Assembly (NCBI GenBank): GCA_016839605.1
Contig: JAEOTX010000106.1
Coordinates: 1-37,616 of the forward strand
Source of the DNA: Candidatus Thorarchaeota archaeon
GTDB taxonomy: Archaea > Asgardarchaeota > Thorarchaeia > Thorarchaeales > Thorarchaeaceae
DNA: 37,616 bases
Direction: 5' to 3'
Shown: in pieces, positions 27,318 through 35,887 of the stretch
Numbering within the stretch: position 1 is the stretch's first letter
Layout of the letters: every line of letters begins with the position of its first letter
Notes under the pieces: model-generated
Seen by the model: only the letters and a program-made list of their open reading frames with translations
What the model was told of the DNA's origin: nothing
The model's database searches: none
Position numbers and translations under genes: made by a program

Positions 27318-30290
27318 TCATCTGATTCCGTTTAGCACATCGGTGAGTACTTTGGGTATTTCATGAAGAGATCCCAGCGTAATGACCTCTCCACGAGTCA
27401 GCTCAGCCATCTCCTCTGCCCTCTCAGTATTTGCCATCTTCTCATTGAGGGCAACGATGAACCGAGACTGAAGATCGTTGAATCTTTCCAGCTGCGGTTC
27501 TAAAACTGAGATGTCCTCAACGAAGGCGTCAGTGAGCACCATCAGGAGTCTCTTTTCGGATTCAGTCATCATCTCTAGCTGGTCTGCGCCCCAACGTAGA
27601 GCTGCGTCAGCGCTAGTACCTCTCCTTCCTCTGAGGTCAAGTATTTGATCTGCTACCTCATCGATATCCCGCTTTTCCTGAAATCCCTTCACCGCGTGCG
27701 TGCTCTCTTCAAAGAATGCAATAGCTATCTCTTCAGGTAAGAGATTAGCCAGCAGCATCACGACAGCAATGGCACACATTGCGAGCTTTTCTCCACTCAT
27801 TGAACCACTTATGTCAAGAAGAAAGCATGCGGCAACTCTTCCACGTACCGTATCCCAGACTACTAAGTCGTCACTTGTCAGTAGGTTTAGGTCTTTTCCA
27901 GACATCAAAATGCTCTCTATCGAACTCTCAATATCTATCTGGTCTATGTCATCTCCATCTCGAAATGGTCGGACCTTAGTGCTAGGAGCAAGACCCTTCT
28001 CTCCTGACCCGATTTTCCCTGTGGGCCAACTCATCGCGACCTCAATAAGTGCCTGCTTAGCTAGTTCCTTGACCTTTTCCTTAGCATCTTTCGGGAGGTC
28101 TTTGCGATGATTGAACCATTGGAGAACTAAGTTCTCCCCCGGACCCCGAGTCATTGAACCGAATGTACGTTCGATTGATTTCGCACTGCCGTCTTTTGTC
28201 ACTTTCTCAATTTTATCAGCAATATCTTTAGCTGAGTGTTCGTCAATTGGAGGCGGAGAACCGGTAATGGACCTAATTGCTTCCATCAAGGCAGTTGGGT
28301 CAATGCTCATCAAGGGATCTGGTCTGTCAGGCATTCGCCAGGAATCAGTTCTTTTCAATGTTTTAATTCTCTCAATGTGGTCTTCAAGCTCTCTTGTTAG
28401 GTCTCGTTTCCTGGACTTGTGAATCTTTTCTGCGAGCTTGCTTAGACCTTCTTCTCCGACTGAACCAAATGCAGGATGGTCAGACATGAACTCCTCTATT
28501 GCATCAATTTCGCCATGAGTTTTAGCAGTCTTCAGAGTACTTGTGAGATCTGCGTGGGCCATTGCAGCAAGGGCTTCTGTATGTCCTGCTTTGAGAGCAG
28601 ACCGAGTTAGTTCCTTGAATAGTTCTTCTTTTCGTCCCCTCATGCTACTGCCTTTAGTAGTGGTGAATCCCTTCCCCATTCTAAGTGAAGTCCCACCGAA
28701 TCCAAGTCTCTTCATCATGCTGCCAAGGGTATCTGCAGTGCCAGCACCCGCGTCAACGAGATGCTTGAGTGTTTCATAGGTGTCTCCTATGCGCTCGAGT
28801 ATTCTCTCATCTGAGAATCCTTTGTCAAGACCTGTTTTCATCACGTCAGTCGGAGAGAGGCCGATTTCACTGTCCATGAACGAATCAAGAAGATCAAGAA
28901 AAGCAGCTTCTCCCTTTGTTTCTTCGATGGCTTTTACAGCTGCACTACTAGAGAACTTCTCGAATTTGCCAGCATGAGAATGGCTGGACTCCCTGAAACT
29001 CTCAGCGTACTCTTTCATCCTCTCAGCTAGCTCTGCAAAACTTCGAGTCGAGCCGCCTTCTTTTTTCATGGATTTCAATGTGTGTTCAAAAGCCTTCTCT
29101 GCTAATTCAGCCCACTCTGGAGATTCCACAGCACTCAGAGCTATGTCATCTAGTGTGGGAGTTTTTCCTTCCTTTCGAACATGTTCTTCATAGGCGTCAA
29201 AAAGCTCCTCACGATGTTTTGTGCCAAACTTCTCATCCATTTTCGAAGCAGTTCGAAAAGCTCGTCCTAAATCCTCTAGGCTATCTTCAAAGACTCGTTC
29301 TTTATCAAACTCAGGCACTTCCTCCAGCATATCTGAAACTTCGGAGATTTCCCAAAGCTTGTCGAGTTTCTTCACTAGACTCTTGGTTTCTTTATCGAGC
29401 TCTGTTTTCGGAAAACCTGCATCTTTGAGATATTTCAGACTCCGAGCAGCGGTCTCCATATCCCCTGCCAAAATCTTCTCCATTTCATCTTTGAATGATT
29501 CTAGCTCCATTGCATACTCTGTAGCAAGCTTTTCCCATGGTGAGCTTGTCCTGGATAGAACTTCCTCGCCCCAACCAAGTTCTGCCGCGGGCTTGATATC
29601 TTCTGGAGGCAGACTATCGATCTCGCTTAGGACTTCATCCCTCAAGAACCGTTCCAGTTTCTCTTTGTCTGAGAGTCCCATTCTGAGTGCAGTCTCATCT
29701 CCTCCCCTTGATGTCAGTAGACTCCTGAATGCCTCCATTTCTGCAGTTTCCGCACTGGATAGCGTTTCAAGGAAATCTAGTAGCTCAGACATCGCGTCAA
29801 GCTCATGTTCAATCATAGACTCTACATCATCGAGATCAACGCTGCTCTCTCCTAAGACAGATAGTTCTGACATGATTTGGTCAAGAACTGATGGTGGCCC
29901 CCTATCGACCTCTTCCATTTCATCATCCTTATCGGCTACCTCGCCATCAGGTGCTTTGAGAGGTGCTTCCTCTGGTTTTGTCTTCTTCTTTTTCTTCTTC
30001 TTCTTTTTCTTCCTCCTTTCAGGGAATAGAATTTGGAAGGCGATGTCTCTAGCATGAGATTGGTCTAGGATAGGAGTTGTGAAGACTGCAGCTTGAATAT
30101 AGTCCTCGGGTATCAGATCCCTCTTCCTATGGAATCGTGCTGTGAGAAGTCTCGGGATTGCTATAGCTTGTCTAGTACTTGGAGTTCCCCCTAGCAGTTT
30201 CTCATCGATCGCACGCATTCTATGGATAAACTCGGCAGAGAACGTTATTGGATTCCATGCCTCTCCAAGTCCCCATATGTCATGCGCCAT
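27318..30290 (-). CDS. Large vWA-domain protein (990 aa), MoxR partner
   Basis: C-terminal MIDAS DISGSMS...GT...LTD; pre-vWA motif IDIESSIE; long helical middle; K10 tract. Confidence 0.88.
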   Translation of the reverse strand: MAHDIWGLGEAWNPITFSAEFIHRMRAIDEKLLGGTPSTRQAIAIPRLLTARFHRKRDLIPEDYIQAAVFTTPILDQSHARDIAFQILFPERRKKKKKKKKKKTKPEEAPLKAPDGEVADKDDEMEEVDRGPPSVLDQIMSELSVLGESSVDLDDVESMIEHELDAMSELLDFLETLSSAETAEMEAFRSLLTSRGGDETALRMGLSDKEKLERFLRDEVLSEIDSLPPEDIKPAAELGWGEEVLSRTSSPWEKLATEYAMELESFKDEMEKILAGDMETAARSLKYLKDAGFPKTELDKETKSLVKKLDKLWEISEVSDMLEEVPEFDKERVFEDSLEDLGRAFRTASKMDEKFGTKHREELFDAYEEHVRKEGKTPTLDDIALSAVESPEWAELAEKAFEHTLKSMKKEGGSTRSFAELAERMKEYAESFRESSHSHAGKFEKFSSSAAVKAIEETKGEAAFLDLLDSFMDSEIGLSPTDVMKTGLDKGFSDERILERIGDTYETLKHLVDAGAGTADTLGSMMKRLGFGGTSLRMGKGFTTTKGSSMRGRKEELFKELTRSALKAGHTEALAAMAHADLTSTLKTAKTHGEIDAIEEFMSDHPAFGSVGEEGLSKLAEKIHKSRKRDLTRELEDHIERIKTLKRTDSWRMPDRPDPLMSIDPTALMEAIRSITGSPPPIDEHSAKDIADKIEKVTKDGSAKSIERTFGSMTRGPGENLVLQWFNHRKDLPKDAKEKVKELAKQALIEVAMSWPTGKIGSGEKGLAPSTKVRPFRDGDDIDQIDIESSIESILMSGKDLNLLTSDDLVVWDTVRGRVAACFLLDISGSMSGEKLAMCAIAVVMLLANLLPEEIAIAFFEESTHAVKGFQEKRDIDEVADQILDLRGRRGTSADAALRWGADQLEMMTESEKRLLMVLTDAFVEDISVLEPQLERFNDLQSRFIVALNEKMANTERAEEMAELTRGEVITLGSLHEIPKVLTDVLNGIR
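29982..30011 (-). repeat. (AAG AAA AAG AAG AAG)x2 encoding ten lysines
   Basis: Exact 15-nt tandem duplication. Confidence 0.85.
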
Positions 30291-31246
30291 TATGATGCAC
30301 CCAGAGTGTCCCGCACAATTCGTGCAACAACTTGTTCAGGTTTCTTTCCAGGCTTGAATTGACATGAGTCTGGAAGAATCAAATTTGCGACCTCTGCAAT
30401 GATTTTGTTGTCTAGTTTAGATTTAGTTCGTGCTGCTCTTTCTGATGCGAGTCTAGCCATCCCAATACTGGAACGCAAGCTTGGGGGCGACTCAACCTGT
30501 GCATCTCCACGAAATTGCTCCAGCAATTCCAATATCTTCTCATAAGCGATAGCTGGGATTTTGTACTCTGGACAATTCGCTTCCACTATCTTCCGCTCAA
30601 GAGACCTCGGTGGATAATCAAGATGAATCCAGACCTTTATCCTATCCTTAATGGCTTCAGGCAACTTTCTTGTACCTCTCATCTCAGCTGGGTTCATAGC
30701 ACTCACTACGTAGAAGTCCTCATCAACTTTGATCCAACTCCTGAGTTGGGGAATGTAAAGACGTCCTTCTTCCATCGCGTCAAGCATTGAGTTAAGGACA
30801 TATTCGTCACCACGATTTATCTCATTGGCGAGGAATAATCCTCCTTGAAGTGCCGCGAGAGTAAATGGTCCTGGCACATATGACTCAGCAGCGAATCCAA
30901 ACTTGAAAACCAAAGTAGGGTCAAAACTCCCAATCAAGGTGGCAGGCCTGACCAAATCAGAGAATGTCACCCAATAGAACTCACGTCCAAGGTCATACGC
31001 GAACTTGCGACAGAGGGCTGTCTTCCCGCAACCCACAGGTCCCACGAGTCCAACATACAAGCCTGCTGCATGTGCATCAAGCATAGCTTCGTACGCCTCT
31101 TTATACTGGCCCTCAAGAACCAGCTTGACATCCTCTCTAATGTCTTCAACGCGTTTCATCTCAAGCAGCTTGGCAAAGTCCTTCTCTGCGCCTGCTTCTT
31201 TCCTTGTTGTTTTCTCTGTACTTTTTTGTTTACTCACTTTATTCAT
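30290..31246 (-). CDS. MoxR-family AAA+ ATPase
   Basis: Walker A GPVGCGKT, Walker B LFLANEINR, AMNPAE, LPEAIKDR, LDYP and SLRSSI motifs; ATG at 31246 follows AGGAG and overlaps the upstream stop. Confidence 0.9.
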   Translation of the reverse strand: MNKVSKQKSTEKTTRKEAGAEKDFAKLLEMKRVEDIREDVKLVLEGQYKEAYEAMLDAHAAGLYVGLVGPVGCGKTALCRKFAYDLGREFYWVTFSDLVRPATLIGSFDPTLVFKFGFAAESYVPGPFTLAALQGGLFLANEINRGDEYVLNSMLDAMEEGRLYIPQLRSWIKVDEDFYVVSAMNPAEMRGTRKLPEAIKDRIKVWIHLDYPPRSLERKIVEANCPEYKIPAIAYEKILELLEQFRGDAQVESPPSLRSSIGMARLASERAARTKSKLDNKIIAEVANLILPDSCQFKPGKKPEQVVARIVRDTLGAS

Positions 31247-31835
31247 CTCCTGAACTGCTCTCAAAATACAATTCTGCTGTAGTTGGTGATACTTCTTCAG
31301 GGAGTTCGAATCCCATCTCATTCACCTTGGATGAGAAGATATCATACTCAGATTTGTCCAAAACGGATCTATTACCAAAACCCAACGCTTCTAACACCAA
31401 TTTGCCATAGAATGTCTGCTTAATCTCTGAAAGATCGTACTTTCTTCTTCGATACAGTACTTTTGATGATTGGAGTTCTCGAGCACGAGCGGCAACAACC
31501 ACCTTGTAAAGAGGTACCCATCTGTCAAGCTTTGCTAGTTTCTCTGCTTTGAATTTGTAGTGTTCCTTAGGTGAATTCTTTAGCATAACGCCCAGTGAAC
31601 GCATTAGTCCTCCAAAGAACTCGCCCTTTGCTTTCTTCTTGTCTTTCTGGCTTACGAAATCGATTGCATCTACTATGACTGAATTGATTTGCTCATCAGA
31701 GGCATCAAAGAACTTCTTTAGCTCCTCTACTTCTTTCGGGAATAAGGAGGAAGCACGATTCACTACCTTTAGCTCTATCTGCTTCTTAGTTGAGAGAGCT
31801 TCGCTGAGGCTACCAAATGCGTCATTGTAGCTCAT
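31239..31835 (-). CDS. Hypothetical protein (198 aa), operon member
   Basis: ATGA overlap with the SMC gene, GAGGAGG RBS, 8-nt overlap with the MoxR gene. Confidence 0.8.
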   Translation of the reverse strand: MSYNDAFGSLSEALSTKKQIELKVVNRASSLFPKEVEELKKFFDASDEQINSVIVDAIDFVSQKDKKKAKGEFFGGLMRSLGVMLKNSPKEHYKFKAEKLAKLDRWVPLYKVVVAARARELQSSKVLYRRRKYDLSEIKQTFYGKLVLEALGFGNRSVLDKSEYDIFSSKVNEMGFELPEEVSPTTAELYFESSSGDE

Positions 31836-34408
31836 GATGATCCCTCCTCCTCTCTTCCAAGATGAATCTCTAATTCGTCTTCATCTAGTTCCTCGCCATC
31901 GAGTCTTAATTGCACTGTCTGATCTGCCTCTTCAGGATCAGACATAGTGACCTCATCTTCCGACTCATCTGAAGTTTCGAGCTTCTTCTTCATGGTTGCC
32001 CTGCTTAACATACCATCTCTATACACAGTGATCTCATTCGCTGGCGAGAACTGCATTGCGTCTGATTGATGAGTCACTAGGAGTGTTTGATTACTAATGG
32101 AGATGTCCTCGAAACTTGATATAACTCGCTTCCGATTCTCACTATCCGCCCCATACGTAGGTTCATCAGCGAAAAGGAAGGGGACACCATTGAGAAAATC
32201 TCCAATTGCTAATCGGTAGGAGAGTCCCAACAGAAGCTGCATTCCTCCTCCTTGATATACAGTCACAGGGACTGTTTCATCCCAACCTGCCGGAGCTATC
32301 TCCATCGAGTAATCTTCAGGACGAATCTTTAGGCGCTCAACCTCTGTTTCAGGGAACATCTGTTTATGGAATGCAAGTGATGACTCAGACAAATTCTTTG
32401 AAGCATTCTCTCGAATGCTTTCTTGTACTGCCTTAAAGCCATCAGCAAGCTCATTATACTTCTCAGTGTGCTTCTTTGCTTGGACTAATCTGTCTAGTTT
32501 TATCGATGTCTCCGTTATGTCCGCATCTAGAGTCATGGACCTATCTTTGAGATCTTCCTCTCGACTTGCAAGCTCAGATATTCTAGAGGAACTCTGGTCA
32601 AGTTTGACTCGAAATTCAGTCTGCATCTCACGAACGAACTGATCGATTTCACGTAGCTCTGATGGGAACTCTTTGCACTCCTTCTTGACAATAAGTGCTA
32701 ATCTCTCGCCGATTGATTGCATAAGTTCTGACTTGGATTTTGATTTCACTAGCTTGTCTAACTTTCCAAGAAGTTTAACCAGCTCTGCTTTGGAGCCATC
32801 TAGCTTAGCTATAGCTTGACCATGGTCTTTTCCTAACTTAGATTCCCTCTTTGCTAGGTCTTGAATATCATCCAAGGATTTTTGGTTTTCATCAACTTGT
32901 GTTTTAGCTTCCGACTCCATTCGAATCAAAGATTCGAGGCTTGATTGAATTTCATCATTCTCAACCTGCGCACTCTTCAGTAATTCTTTTGCTTCTGATA
33001 CCTCTTCAACTGTAGCCTTAGCTTCTGAAAGCGCTCTCTTCTTCTCTATTTGTACAACTCTCTTCTCTAGTCTTGAAATTGCTGTACTAGTTTTCTTCTC
33101 TTTCTTATCTAGTTCAGATAGACTGGTCTCAAGTTCTTTCAGTTCCTGAGCCACCTTCGCAGGATCCAACTCTGCTCCACAGTATTCGCAGTTGTGCTCA
33201 CCTACAACACTCTTCCTGCGTGATGCTCGTCCTTCAAGATCTCCCCTTTCGTGCCGTAGCTTCTTCAAATCGTTCTCTTGGACCTTTAGCTCATTCTTTG
33301 CATCCTTCATTTCCTTCTCGATGTCTTCAAGTAATTCGGCAGACTTAGCTTGCTCGAAGAGTTCATCTAGTCCGATGGATAGTGCCTTAGTATAGGTTTG
33401 AAGCTGGCCCACCAGATTGCCAAGCTTTTGTTGCTTATCTGCAACCTTCTTGGAAGCTCTTCCTCCTTTGGTACGGGTTGCTCTCAAGTCAGTCTTACTA
33501 ACGCTAAATGCCTCTTTCGCGTCATCTAGATCCTTAACCCATGGTGTGATGTCACCCTTGTAGCGTTTGGCCTTAAGCTGTACTTTGATGTCATCAAGTG
33601 ATGTCTTAGTCACCAAGATGTCCTTTTCAGCACGGTCCCAATCATCTCGTACTTTGTCTAGCTTTGCGAAGGTCCTAGCTGTAGTATCTGCTTCTGCCAA
33701 ACTCTTCTTCAATGCCTTTTGCTCTGCAGAGACCTTCTTCTTTTCTTCAGATACTTTCTGAATTTCATCTCCCAACTGCTTCTGCTCTTGCTCCAGCTTC
33801 TCAAGAAGTGCCTCAAGAATGGGCATCTGACTCAGGTCTTTCTCCAGTGTTCTCTTGCGGTCCTTGAATGCTTGACTGAGAGCTTCTGCAGCTGTAGCGC
33901 CAAGAACAATATCCAATGAGCTAGAACCTCGCAGAATATCAGGCATTCCACCTTGTCGTGCACTAACTGTTACTTCAAACAGTCTGCGGGATATACCCGT
34001 TATTTCGCGGACCTTCAAAGCAAGTTGTTCTTCAGTATTTCCGAAATCACTTGAGAGGATGTACTCCTCTCCTTCTTCCTCCTCAGATCCTATTCGCTTC
34101 AAAGTGAAATGACTCGAACTGACCCTGTTATTCTTCTTGGAGAGTTTGTGAACTCTAAGCAAGCGATAGTGGTTCTCGTCTCGACCCTTAATGATGAGCT
34201 CTACACCTGCGTCTTTCTCTCCACGTCGGGTGTAGGATGACTTAGTCTTAAACCCCCTGACATGGCCAAAGAGAGCGTATTCAATAGCATAGAGTATTGT
34301 GCTCTTCCCTGCGTTGTTGACGCCTTCGATGAGATTCACACCTGGCCTGAAATTCAAGGTCTGGTCATCAAATCGTCTGAAATTGCGGAGGCGAATACTC
34401 TCAATCAA
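31832..34408 (-). CDS. Rad50/SbcC-like SMC ATPase with zinc hook
   Basis: IRLRNFRRF, Walker A GVNNAGKST, Q-loop RQG, central CEYC hook (33179-33190), signature YQGGG, Walker B FADEPT, H-loop VTH, acidic tail. Confidence 0.9.
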   Translation of the reverse strand: MIESIRLRNFRRFDDQTLNFRPGVNLIEGVNNAGKSTILYAIEYALFGHVRGFKTKSSYTRRGEKDAGVELIIKGRDENHYRLLRVHKLSKKNNRVSSSHFTLKRIGSEEEEGEEYILSSDFGNTEEQLALKVREITGISRRLFEVTVSARQGGMPDILRGSSSLDIVLGATAAEALSQAFKDRKRTLEKDLSQMPILEALLEKLEQEQKQLGDEIQKVSEEKKKVSAEQKALKKSLAEADTTARTFAKLDKVRDDWDRAEKDILVTKTSLDDIKVQLKAKRYKGDITPWVKDLDDAKEAFSVSKTDLRATRTKGGRASKKVADKQQKLGNLVGQLQTYTKALSIGLDELFEQAKSAELLEDIEKEMKDAKNELKVQENDLKKLRHERGDLEGRASRRKSVVGEHNCEYCGAELDPAKVAQELKELETSLSELDKKEKKTSTAISRLEKRVVQIEKKRALSEAKATVEEVSEAKELLKSAQVENDEIQSSLESLIRMESEAKTQVDENQKSLDDIQDLAKRESKLGKDHGQAIAKLDGSKAELVKLLGKLDKLVKSKSKSELMQSIGERLALIVKKECKEFPSELREIDQFVREMQTEFRVKLDQSSSRISELASREEDLKDRSMTLDADITETSIKLDRLVQAKKHTEKYNELADGFKAVQESIRENASKNLSESSLAFHKQMFPETEVERLKIRPEDYSMEIAPAGWDETVPVTVYQGGGMQLLLGLSYRLAIGDFLNGVPFLFADEPTYGADSENRKRVISSFEDISISNQTLLVTHQSDAMQFSPANEITVYRDGMLSRATMKKKLETSDESEDEVTMSDPEEADQTVQLRLDGEELDEDELEIHLGREEEGSS

Positions 34409-34676
34409 GATTATCGACCTCCAAAGCTAGCCTACCCTCGAACACCTCCTTGATCCGTGCCTCAAGTTGGTCTCTAGAAGCTTTGTTAAGCCCAAAAGAC
34501 TTGGTCATATTTGCGTCATCATCAAGTAGGTACTGGACAAAGTCAAGCACTTGAGACGCATTCTGTATGTCCTTTATTGTTAAATCGAATCCACTCAGCA
34601 CGTCAATTACTGAAGAAGCCTTCTTAGGAGTGGTTTCAGTTCCCGCCCCATTTACCTCTGAGTCATTCCCTGACAA
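34401..34676 (-). CDS. Small acidic helical protein (91 aa), first gene of the SMC-MoxR-vWA operon
   Basis: TTG start after GGAGGG; stop overlaps the SMC start (TTGATTGA). Confidence 0.75.
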   Translation of the reverse strand: MSGNDSEVNGAGTETTPKKASSVIDVLSGFDLTIKDIQNASQVLDFVQYLLDDDANMTKSFGLNKASRDQLEARIKEVFEGRLALEVDNLD

Positions 34677-34690
34677 GGAATATGCCCTCC

Positions 34691-34722
34691 AGCTGAAATT
34701 TCAGCTTACCCACCTTATATTT
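34691..34722 (-). promoter_or_regulatory. Perfect 16-bp palindrome and TATA-like element heading the SMC operon
   Basis: AGCTGAAATTTCAGCT (34691-34706), between AAATATAA (minus strand, 34715-34722) and the RBS. Confidence 0.6.
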
Positions 34723-34758
34723 CCAGTGAGAGCATATATGAAAGCCACGGTATTTTCT

Positions 34759-35727
34759 TTAGACTACTCCTTTGAGTCTGAGGAAGAGTAGCAATGGTGC
34801 CGTGATGACAAGGCTGGCTAAAACCACCACTATGAAAGCTAGTGGGTCCTGTTCTAATGGCAAATCGACATTCATTCCGTAGATTGAAGCAATAAGTGTG
34901 GGAACGCTCACCAATAGCGAGATTGACGTGAGAGTTTTCATAACTCTGTTCAAATTATGTCCCACAATGGAATCATATTGGTCCATCGCATTGGCAATGA
35001 GAGTTCTATAGATTGCACTCAGCTCCATCTGCTGCTGTAGATCGACTTCTAGCTCCTCAAGGCGGTCTTCATCAAGTACAAGTCTTCCAAAGCTCTGGAG
35101 CCTTTTCATCCGACGCAGCACTTTCATGTTAGATTTCAGTGCAGCCTCCATATAGATCGCATCTCGTGAGAGTTGGAAGAAACGGTCTAGTTGAGAAGGG
35201 TAAAGCTCCTTGAGGATTTGATCTTCAGTGTCATGTATTGTAGCTTCGATAATATCAAGCATCGTTTCAAAACTATGGATGACTATCTCCCAAGTATTGT
35301 AAATCGCGCCACTTACTGTTGTTGTACGACGCAGGACTCCCTTGAGACGCCTTTTGCGCAGAGGAATTTCCGCGTTCTGCACTATAATGATGTCACGTCC
35401 ATTCGTGAAGAGACCTATAGGATTCGTAGAGTACTCCCTCTCTAATCCCTCCAAGTCTACCGGTACGCGGAGCACTACCATGACGAATTTGTCCTCAATC
35501 TGAAGTCTAGGTCGTTCGTCAAGGTCTTGTAAGTCTTGCAGGTCTTCTAAGTCGACCTCAAATTTGACAGACAGCTCAGCGAGAATATCAGGCCAGATCC
35601 CAACTACTTGAATTAGCAGAGGTTCGTCTGGTGCGCTCTCTAGGTCGGGATACTCGATCCCACTCTCTAGTGCAGTGATAGTAAGTACGCTGGTCTCTGG
35701 TTTTTCCGCCGTCGTCATCGAGCTCAC
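34759..35727 (-). CDS. corA: CorA-family Mg2+ transporter
   Basis: DLDERPR, NLNRVMKTLT, YGMNV signature and two C-terminal TM helices. Confidence 0.93.
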   Translation of the reverse strand: MSSMTTAEKPETSVLTITALESGIEYPDLESAPDEPLLIQVVGIWPDILAELSVKFEVDLEDLQDLQDLDERPRLQIEDKFVMVVLRVPVDLEGLEREYSTNPIGLFTNGRDIIIVQNAEIPLRKRRLKGVLRRTTTVSGAIYNTWEIVIHSFETMLDIIEATIHDTEDQILKELYPSQLDRFFQLSRDAIYMEAALKSNMKVLRRMKRLQSFGRLVLDEDRLEELEVDLQQQMELSAIYRTLIANAMDQYDSIVGHNLNRVMKTLTSISLLVSVPTLIASIYGMNVDLPLEQDPLAFIVVVLASLVITAPLLLFLRLKGVV

Positions 35728-35887
35728 CTCTATCCATTTTGTGTCACCTTCTTTTCTAGTGTGTGTGTTACGTTTGAGTGGTTCGAGTCTCTTGGAACCT
35801 AGAATGCAATTGGGTTTCGCACCCTTAAGGAAGCAATACTGATTTTCTCTCCAACACTTTTAGGTCTTCCCGCAAGAGTAGGACTGA

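Noticed and set aside
29221-30057. 278-aa Ser/Phe-rich plus-strand ORF with poly-Phe
   Set aside because: Antisense shadow of the Glu/Lys-rich vWA gene; the poly-F mirrors the poly-K
31832-34408. Assigning the operon to Wadjet, MksBEF or a canonical Mre11-Rad50 locus
   Set aside because: It has a zinc hook rather than a hinge, and no kleisin/KITE/Toprim or phosphoesterase motifs are visible in neighbours
35728-35887. Mg2+-sensing riboswitch upstream of corA
   Set aside because: Only short 4-5 bp hairpins (GGGT/ACCC, GGTTC/GAACC) and no recognisable M-box consensus
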